Origin: a virus
Lineage: Duplodnaviria > Caudoviricetes
DNA: 64,000 bases
Direction: 5' to 3' (one strand)
Virus record (IMG/VR): IMGVR_UViG_3300028048_000066
Location: 1 to 64,000 of that record
Below, piece by piece: positions 1 to 7,285 of this stretch (positions within the stretch are counted from its first letter, which is position 1; the number at the start of each line of letters is the position of its first letter). The translations under genes were made by a program, and so were the position numbers. Under the pieces are notes generated by a model. It saw nothing but the letters and a program-made list of their open reading frames with translations. It was not told the DNA's origin and did no database searches.

Positions 1-2
1 TA

Positions 3-407
3 GATGGAATGTCTGATGATGATGTGATTTATGAAGTTGTTGAAAGCAGACTTTATGATAAATCTGATGTATATGAAGTTGATGAAGAAGAATCAATTGA
101 ACAAAGAAAGGTTGTATATTCTGATAAAGTTTTAGATGATATTGATATTGATAGAATTAGAAATGACCTTATTGCGAATTCTTATGACAATATTGAAGAC
201 CCTTATGATTATCTTTGTGATGTTTGGGGAGATGACTATATAAATAAAGCAATCTCTGACAATGGTTTAATTGACTGGAATAGAGTATATTATAAAATTA
301 TAGATGAAGATGGGTTTGGTACTTGGATTTCTTCATATGATGGAAAAGAAGTATATTTAGGCAAAGATGAAAATAACAATGCCTTTTATGGTTATAGAAT
401 GAATTAA
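3..407 (+). CDS. Acidic hypothetical protein, probably 5'-truncated; paralog of the C-terminal part of 433..1560
   Basis: Frame is open to the window edge. Shares DVYE(V/I)DEEESIEQR(K/R)VVYSD and SY(D/N)G.EV.LGKDE....YGYR.N with the next ORF. Confidence 0.75.
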   Translation, partial: DGMSDDDVIYEVVESRLYDKSDVYEVDEEESIEQRKVVYSDKVLDDIDIDRIRNDLIANSYDNIEDPYDYLCDVWGDDYINKAISDNGLIDWNRVYYKIIDEDGFGTWISSYDGKEVYLGKDENNNAFYGYRMN

Positions 408-432
408 AAATAAACAAGGAGAAATTATAGAT

Positions 433-1560
433 ATGGCAAAAGAAACAAACAAAAAGAGTAGAACCGTTAATGAATCAAAAAGCAAGAAAACTGTTCTTTC
501 AAATTTACAAAAACAATTTATTATAGACCAACTAATTGAAGATGAAGAGTGGTTAAACGAAGTAAAACCAAGAATAGATGATGTTTGGTATATTACAAAT
601 GATAAGAATGACCCAATGTATGATGGTGATGGGTATTTTTCTTATGTAATTGTAATTGGTGATAATTATGTATTAGATGCTGTTACACCTGAATTTGCTA
701 AGGATATATTAAAAGTAAAAGAAAATATTAAAGAAGCAGCAGGTGATGAGGAAGGCGATGAAGATGATGGTTTTGTATTAGACACCGATGAAGAAGATAC
801 CACAGAAGTCCATTATGATGAAGATGAGTATGAAGAAGAACCAGAGGAAGAGTCAGAACCAGAAGATGAAGAAGATGATGATAGAGACATCAGAATTGTT
901 AGACTTGCAGAATATCTTGATGTTGATTATAATGATATTGAAGAAGAGTTTACACATTGTTATTCAGTAGATGGTGGAGAACAAGAGTGGTATGTACTTA
1001 CAGAAACAGAAGCATATAATGAGGCCTATGATAGTATTGAGAGTTATATTGATGATGTCGGTCCTGTAGATGCAATTGGAAGTTATATAAATGATTACAT
1101 AGATAGAGATGTAGTTATAGATTGGATAGAAGAATTAAATGAAACAAATGTAAATGATTTATACCTTGATGAATTAGTAGAAGAGTGTATAAATAGAGGT
1201 TTGGTAGAACCAGGAGATGTTTATGAGATTGATGAAGAAGAATCTATAGAGCAAAGAAGAGTTGTATATTCTGATAACATTAAAGAAGACATTGATTTAG
1301 ATGATTTAAGAGACAAACTTGTTAATGAATATAATGATGAAATTGGTGACCCTTATGAATATATGGAATTTAACTTTGGAGACGATTGGGTAAGAGATTG
1401 TAGTTTTGATGAAAATGGTTATATTGATGTTGATTCTTGGATTGATGATGTTATTAGAGGTGATGGAGTAGCATACGAATTAGCATCTTATAATGGAGAA
1501 GAAGTAGAGTTAGGAAAAGATGAAGATGGTGAAGAACTCTATGGATATAGAAGAAATTAA
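433..1560 (+). CDS. Very acidic hypothetical protein, candidate internal virion protein
   Basis: AGGAG RBS; D/E-rich; VNES and IKEA motifs; followed by a terminator. Confidence 0.8.
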   Translation: MAKETNKKSRTVNESKSKKTVLSNLQKQFIIDQLIEDEEWLNEVKPRIDDVWYITNDKNDPMYDGDGYFSYVIVIGDNYVLDAVTPEFAKDILKVKENIKEAAGDEEGDEDDGFVLDTDEEDTTEVHYDEDEYEEEPEEESEPEDEEDDDRDIRIVRLAEYLDVDYNDIEEEFTHCYSVDGGEQEWYVLTETEAYNEAYDSIESYIDDVGPVDAIGSYINDYIDRDVVIDWIEELNETNVNDLYLDELVEECINRGLVEPGDVYEIDEEESIEQRRVVYSDNIKEDIDLDDLRDKLVNEYNDEIGDPYEYMEFNFGDDWVRDCSFDENGYIDVDSWIDDVIRGDGVAYELASYNGEEVELGKDEDGEELYGYRRN

Positions 1561-1590
1561 AACAAGAGATACACACGCATAAGAACAAGA

Positions 1591-1622
1591 GAGAGAATCC
1601 TAGAAATGGGGTTCTTTTTCTT
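1591..1622 (+). terminator. Rho-independent terminator
   Basis: AGAATCCTA-GAAA-TGGGGTTCT stem-loop followed by a T tract. Confidence 0.8.
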
Positions 1623-1623
1623 A

Positions 1624-1638
1624 TGCTAAATTAAATGA
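1624..1638 (+). promoter_or_regulatory. Putative phage late promoter TGCTAAATTAAATGA
   Basis: Exact 15-mer that recurs in intergenic gaps upstream of structural-region genes. Confidence 0.8.
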
Positions 1639-1661
1639 TAAAGAAGATACTAGGAGAACAT

Positions 1662-4600
1662 ATGAATCTTTTATTTGAAGGATTTAAGGACTATTATAAG
1701 AGGTTAGAAGAGGAATCTGGTGGTTCTTCTATTATTTATACTTACCAATCACCTAAAGTATTAAAACAATTGAAAAGTGGTAAAACATATATTGCTAATT
1801 ATGATAGAGGTATGATTGGCAAAGAACCATACATAGAACTAGCAAGAGTTTTAGGATTGAATGATTGTCCTATTTTTTGTGGTCTTACTATTGATGATAC
1901 AAATAGAATGCTTGAAGCAAGTGGATTAGAAAAATATGGAAAAGAATTATTAAAACTAAAAGTTCCAAATAAATACATTCACAAGATGGCATATTATGAT
2001 TGGACTGATTACATTTATTTTTGGATTGATAAACAAGAAGAAGACTATATATCAAAGGAAGATGCAGAAAATTCATTAAGAAATTTCTCTGGTCAAGCAC
2101 CTTGTCAAGTAGTTATAGATAGAATAGAACCTTCTTGGTTAGTTGATGAATCATTAACAGAAAGCGATGATAGTAAACAAATAAAATTAAATAATAATGT
2201 ATATGTATTTGTACCTATAGAAATGCTCTCTACAATTTCAAGAGAGGGACTTAAAGATTTTGTATTTTCTAATGTTTCTAATTTATCTAGTTTAAATAGT
2301 TTATTAAGATGGTATGATAAAAATCTTTATAAATTAGGAACTAATTTTAGTGGTATTGGTTATATTGTTGATGAGAAAAAATATATTCTATTAACAATAA
2401 ATAGCAGTAATTTAGATTATTCAAAAATCAAACCATATAATAAAAGTTGGTTAGAAGAATTATATTATTATGATGGGGTAGTGTCTTTTGATAATATAAA
2501 TGTAATTGATTCTATTGCAGGTAGTTGGGGAAGTTCAAACTGGATGTTTAAAAACAAAACCAAACATTATGACAACTTTGATTTTCTAGTGAATCAAGAA
2601 GAATTAAAAGAATTAAAAACTCAAGGAGATGTTCTTGACTATTTGATAAATCTTATATTATCAGATTTAGATGCTACATCAGCATTTTGTAATTTATATT
2701 ATCGTAGAATGGGAATTGATAATAATATGTATTTGTTTAGAAGGGAATCCGATAAAGAGCAAAAAAGAATATTAAAAAATATGTTCAGCGATAATATTGT
2801 AGAAATTAAAGGAAGGAAATCACCAGAGAACAGAAAACAAGTAGTTTATTTATATAGAGGAACATCGGAAAGAACTTTTAGCAAAAACTTTGAATCATAT
2901 GCTGGAATATTCTTTAGTACAAAAAGGAGTGCAGTATCTGGTTGGGGAGAAACTAAAAAATACTTACTAAAGAGTGATGCAAAAATTTATCGTGGTGATG
3001 ATTCTTCAGATAATTTTTGTAGTGCTTATTATAATAAAGAATATCCTGAGTTACAAAAATGCTTTGGTATGTATTTTGGAGATTTAAAAATTAAAAAGAT
3101 TTCGGATTTTTCAAAACTTACTAAAGAACAAAAAGATTATTTAGAGGATAGAGTAGAACAACAAGCAGGAACTCAATTCTGTTGGTATGATGTGTGGACT
3201 TGGTGTACTCAACTTGTCGCTAGAATTGAATTAGAAAAACAAGGATATGATGGTGCTTATTGGACACTTGAAGATTTTGGAAACCCAGAGCAATATCAAA
3301 TATGGAATCTTGATGCTGTTAAGTCTTATGATGGTGTCATTGAATCTATTAGTGAAGCGAAACAATCAAAACCAGAATTAGAAGTGGTTGATTATCGTGA
3401 TTGGACAGAACACACAAAGTTAAAAGATGTTTTAGATATTTGGTCATCCTATTATTATGTAGGTAAAAAGGCACTAAAAACACTACAGTTATTTCACGGA
3501 ACAACTGATTATAATTGGAAAAAGATAAAGAAAGCGGGTGCTATAAAACCAAAGAAATCAAAAAACTTTAATGCTTCTAAAAATGGTTGTGTTTATCTTA
3601 CTTATTCTGAAGATGATGCTTATGAGTTTGTAGGCAGAGCAACAGATTTCAATACTGGTGTTGTTGTTATGGAGATAGACATTAACAAACTAGACCTTGA
3701 TAAGTTATATATAGACACAAACATAGAAGAATACACAGTATATGAAGATGAAAACGGAAAAGAATACTGGGACTTTTGGGCATTTGAATATTATGGAGAA
3801 ATACCAGAAAATGCTTGGATAAATGTTGATATTGATGAATCTCTTAATGAATCTAAACAGGACACACTAAATTTCAAAAACTGGGTAGAAGATAAAGTAA
3901 GTGAACTTGGTATGAGAGATGGTGGTAATAAAGACTCATATGTAAACTCTTGGGTTAATGGATTTGAAAAGAATAGAAGCAGATTAAAAGCACCATTTAA
4001 TGACTACTATTATTGGATTAAACAAAATAACTGGGATGAATTTACAAAAGCATTCTCTGAGATAAGTAAGAAAGATGATACCAAACAAAAAGAGAAAGAA
4101 GGTGCTAAACTCTTATATAACAAAGATGATTGGAAAGTATATGAAATTACTACATATGAAGCAAGTGCTAAATATGGTAAGAATACTAAATGGTGTATAA
4201 GTGGTTCAAAGAGATGGAATAATGGTGAAAACGGAACTAAATACTGGAATGATTATACAAAACAAGGATGCAAGTTCTATTTCTTCATTAAAAACAACAC
4301 TGAAAAATATGCTTTAGTTGTATATCCAGATGATAAAGAGTATGAGATATTTAATCAAGATGATGTACCACTTGCTTATATACCAAATGCTCCAGATGTA
4401 AAAGAGATACCAGTAAACTATAATGAAGATGTTGATAGTGAATTAAAAGAGTTCACCAATTTATTTGTGCAACATAAATTACCTAATGAAGATTTTATTA
4501 TTGAGAATGTGATTGGAAAAATAAATGGTGACTGTGATGGTTATATGTTGTATATGTATAGTCCTAAAGATGCTTACAATGAATTTAGAGAAGATGTTCC

Positions 4601-5012
4601 AGATGATTATATTGAATACTATTTTGAAAACAACCACAGTTTTGATGATTGGGATGGTGATTTTCCATATTTAGTTAATTTTGATTATATTGTAGGCGAT
4701 ATGGAAAAACTAAATAGTGCAGAGGAGTTTTGGGAACTTACAAAGTCTGGTTTAAATAAATATAACTACTTTATATTTGCAGATGATAGTTGGGATGGAA
4801 ATTTTGAAGTGCACTGTCATACAAACTTTAGTGATGCTCTAATAAATATGTGGCAATTAAACTTTTGGTGTGATGGTAATTTTAGTGAGTTCATAAAAGA
4901 GTTTGCAAAATATTGTTTGAATGAGATTAAATGGTGGATAACAAAGACAGATGAAATTGATATACAACCATATCTCAATTTAGGGTTTACAGAAGAGTTT
5001 TTAACTAAATAA
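1662..5012 (+). CDS. Modular polyprotein: DUF3841-like, multiple ADP-ribosyltransferase-like domains, PcfJ-like domain
   Basis: Start moved from 1635 to the ATG at 1662 after AGGAG. Motifs LYRGT..GIFFS, LFHGT..GCVYLT and YEASAKYGKNTKWCIS. Modules are bounded by LEEES, VDESLTES, VIESISEA and IDESLNES. Confidence 0.7.
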   Translation: MNLLFEGFKDYYKRLEEESGGSSIIYTYQSPKVLKQLKSGKTYIANYDRGMIGKEPYIELARVLGLNDCPIFCGLTIDDTNRMLEASGLEKYGKELLKLKVPNKYIHKMAYYDWTDYIYFWIDKQEEDYISKEDAENSLRNFSGQAPCQVVIDRIEPSWLVDESLTESDDSKQIKLNNNVYVFVPIEMLSTISREGLKDFVFSNVSNLSSLNSLLRWYDKNLYKLGTNFSGIGYIVDEKKYILLTINSSNLDYSKIKPYNKSWLEELYYYDGVVSFDNINVIDSIAGSWGSSNWMFKNKTKHYDNFDFLVNQEELKELKTQGDVLDYLINLILSDLDATSAFCNLYYRRMGIDNNMYLFRRESDKEQKRILKNMFSDNIVEIKGRKSPENRKQVVYLYRGTSERTFSKNFESYAGIFFSTKRSAVSGWGETKKYLLKSDAKIYRGDDSSDNFCSAYYNKEYPELQKCFGMYFGDLKIKKISDFSKLTKEQKDYLEDRVEQQAGTQFCWYDVWTWCTQLVARIELEKQGYDGAYWTLEDFGNPEQYQIWNLDAVKSYDGVIESISEAKQSKPELEVVDYRDWTEHTKLKDVLDIWSSYYYVGKKALKTLQLFHGTTDYNWKKIKKAGAIKPKKSKNFNASKNGCVYLTYSEDDAYEFVGRATDFNTGVVVMEIDINKLDLDKLYIDTNIEEYTVYEDENGKEYWDFWAFEYYGEIPENAWINVDIDESLNESKQDTLNFKNWVEDKVSELGMRDGGNKDSYVNSWVNGFEKNRSRLKAPFNDYYYWIKQNNWDEFTKAFSEISKKDDTKQKEKEGAKLLYNKDDWKVYEITTYEASAKYGKNTKWCISGSKRWNNGENGTKYWNDYTKQGCKFYFFIKNNTEKYALVVYPDDKEYEIFNQDDVPLAYIPNAPDVKEIPVNYNEDVDSELKEFTNLFVQHKLPNEDFIIENVIGKINGDCDGYMLYMYSPKDAYNEFREDVPDDYIEYYFENNHSFDDWDGDFPYLVNFDYIVGDMEKLNSAEEFWELTKSGLNKYNYFIFADDSWDGNFEVHCHTNFSDALINMWQLNFWCDGNFSEFIKEFAKYCLNEIKWWITKTDEIDIQPYLNLGFTEEFLTK

Positions 5013-5030
5013 AAAATTTTCATAAACACA

Positions 5031-5059
5031 TTTAAATTCTATTTCAATTGTTGTATAAT
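5031..5059 (+). promoter_or_regulatory. sigmaA-like -10 element (TTGTATAAT) in an AT-rich intergenic region
   Basis: TATAAT at 5054-5059; weak -35. Confidence 0.45.
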
Positions 5060-5107
5060 ATAATAGATAATAATAAATATAATACTAGATATAATATTAC
5101 TATTAAA

Positions 5108-5168
5108 ATATTTTGCTAAAGCAAAATATCGTAAACATCATTAGATGTTTACTTTATAGTATTATAAA
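5108..5168. repeat. Three tandem inverted repeats
   Basis: ATATTTTGCT/AGCAAAATAT (5108-5129), GTAAACATC/GATGTTTAC (5131-5152), TTTATA/TATAAA (5153-5168). Confidence 0.8.
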
Positions 5169-5188
5169 CATATAGATATAAAAATAGA

Positions 5189-5203
5189 TGCTAAATTAAA
5201 TGA
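5189..5203 (+). promoter_or_regulatory. Putative late promoter TGCTAAATTAAATGA
   Basis: Exact motif copy. Confidence 0.8.
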
Positions 5204-5235
5204 TAAAATATATAAATATGGAGATATAGTATACT

Positions 5236-6804
5236 ATGATACCTAGAGAAAGAAGTATTAAAGAAAGAGATATTGAAGTAAAAGATGACAATATTGATGA
5301 AATTGAAGCAACAACATATGATGAATTATCTAAAATAGAAGATGAAACAATAGAAGAAGATGAGAATGCTATTGTTGATACTATTTATAAATTATCACAT
5401 ATTAGAGATATAGATGGAGAAGACACACCATCTTATTGTTTTGTTCACGACATTACAGATACATTTGGTTTAAGTGAAGATGAAGCAGTAGGAATTGCTA
5501 AAGACAATGGTTATGTTGTTTATGAGATTTTACCAAATGGGGATGTAGATAGTGGGTTAGTTATTGCAGATAGGGATTGTTCAAAAGATTTAATTAGCAC
5601 AGACTATGAGAAATTCTTTGGTGTAGAAATTGAAATCAAACCTTATGGAGAAGAAGTTGAAGATAAGGTTGAAGTAGAAGAAACACCAGATGAAATAGAA
5701 GTTGAGAAAGAAGTTGAAGTTAAAGATGAACCAGTAGAAGAAGCATTAGATAATATTAAGAATAATGATACTTGGGAAGAATCACTTAAAGAAGATAAAG
5801 GAAGTTTTGATTTAGTAAAAGAAATCACAACAGACCCAGATGCAGAGAAATATATTGCACAAAATGGTAAGACCTGTTATAGAGTATTTGGAACATTAAA
5901 TTGGTATTTCTATAAATGTGAACAAGCAGGAATTAAACCAGTTCAAGAAGATGATTTCTTATATACAGCAAAAGGAAATGGTTATGAATTTGATTGGGTA
6001 GAAGAAGATTGCATTTTAGCATTAGATAAACCATTAAAAGAGAGCAAAAAACTTAATGAAATGCACTCAGTTCAAGATTATAAGGGTTATGAACTTGATT
6101 TTAATGAAGATTCAATTCACGATATGTTAGAATTAGGTTTATCTAACTATGTTGATAAAGATTTAATAGAGATTACAAAAGATGGTAAACACATTGCTTG
6201 GGCAAAGAGTTATTCTGATGCTAGAAAGATTGTTGATGAAAAAACAAAAGAAGATGAAGTACAAAAACCAGAAGAACATCCTATCACAGTTATTTTTAGA
6301 ACTCTAGGTAATTATAAAGTAGGAGAAATAAAGAACACATTGCGTAGTTATCAAAAAGCAGTTGGTGGGTATATAGATGCTTTTGCTTTCCCAGGAAGAG
6401 ATGATATTGATATTGTTCATAGAGAATATGGAGATAAAAAAAATGAAGCATTAGTTATTGTAGGTCTTAATAAGGATACAAACTGTTGGTGCAGTCTAAC
6501 ACAAGAACAAATTGATTATGTAATGAATTATGTAAAAAATAATGTACTAGAGTCATATGGTGATAATGTTTTACATATTGGATTGCCTGTTACAATGAAT
6601 GGTGATAAATTAAAGAAATTCAACACAAAGAGTGGTATGGATAGATATAAAAACTCAAACAATGGTTACAGATTCCAATATTATAAAGTACCAAAAGATG
6701 AGTTCAAATATGCAAAGAAAGAAACAAAAGATGATGAACAAGCATTTTTCAAACTTCAAGATAGTGGAAGAGCAGTAGAAGAAGAAAAGAAAAATAACGA
6801 ATAA
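5236..6804 (+). CDS. Acidic modular polyprotein with a DUF3846-like module
   Basis: GGAG RBS. EIKNTLRSYQKAVGGYI..ALVIVG..SLTQEQID module. VEEA, EESLKED, LKES, LNEM and VLES motifs. Confidence 0.7.
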   Translation: MIPRERSIKERDIEVKDDNIDEIEATTYDELSKIEDETIEEDENAIVDTIYKLSHIRDIDGEDTPSYCFVHDITDTFGLSEDEAVGIAKDNGYVVYEILPNGDVDSGLVIADRDCSKDLISTDYEKFFGVEIEIKPYGEEVEDKVEVEETPDEIEVEKEVEVKDEPVEEALDNIKNNDTWEESLKEDKGSFDLVKEITTDPDAEKYIAQNGKTCYRVFGTLNWYFYKCEQAGIKPVQEDDFLYTAKGNGYEFDWVEEDCILALDKPLKESKKLNEMHSVQDYKGYELDFNEDSIHDMLELGLSNYVDKDLIEITKDGKHIAWAKSYSDARKIVDEKTKEDEVQKPEEHPITVIFRTLGNYKVGEIKNTLRSYQKAVGGYIDAFAFPGRDDIDIVHREYGDKKNEALVIVGLNKDTNCWCSLTQEQIDYVMNYVKNNVLESYGDNVLHIGLPVTMNGDKLKKFNTKSGMDRYKNSNNGYRFQYYKVPKDEFKYAKKETKDDEQAFFKLQDSGRAVEEEKKNNE

Positions 6805-6887
6805 TATATAATAAACCGATAAGTGATTTAGGTAATGAAGGTAAATTATTTGTTTATTCAAAGTTACCAAAATCAATAGAGGAAAGT

Positions 6888-7283
6888 ATGAATGAAGATA
6901 TTGAAAAACACGAAACACTAAACCCTTTACTCTGGAATGAAGATAATACATTGAAACCAGAAGTAAAAGAAAAACTTATGCAAATAGCAGATGAGTTTAT
7001 TAAAGGTTTAGAAGAAGACGGTATCAAAATGGATGTGGATGATATTAAGATAGTTGGAAGCAATTGTTCTTACAACTATACAAAAGATAGTGATATTGAT
7101 TTACACATTATAGCAAAAAATATAAAAGCACCAAAAGAAGTGTATGCTCTTTTATATAGTGCTTATAGGTCATTATGGAATAAAAACTATGATATTGATT
7201 TTTACGGTATTCCAGTAGAGATATATGTAGAAACTCCTGAACTAGATACTGTAGAACCAACAACAATAGATGTAGAGGAATAA
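6888..7283 (+). CDS. Pol-beta-superfamily nucleotidyltransferase, N-terminal (catalytic) half
   Basis: GS..(x)..DIDLH motif and a downstream PVEIYVE strand; the frame is also open upstream to 6798. Confidence 0.75.
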   Translation: MNEDIEKHETLNPLLWNEDNTLKPEVKEKLMQIADEFIKGLEEDGIKMDVDDIKIVGSNCSYNYTKDSDIDLHIIAKNIKAPKEVYALLYSAYRSLWNKNYDIDFYGIPVEIYVETPELDTVEPTTIDVEE

Positions 7284-7285
7284 AT

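Noticed and set aside
1635-1661. ORF-track starts at 1635 and 21816
   Set aside because: These ATGs belong to the late promoter motif; RBS-supported starts are at 1662 and 21834.
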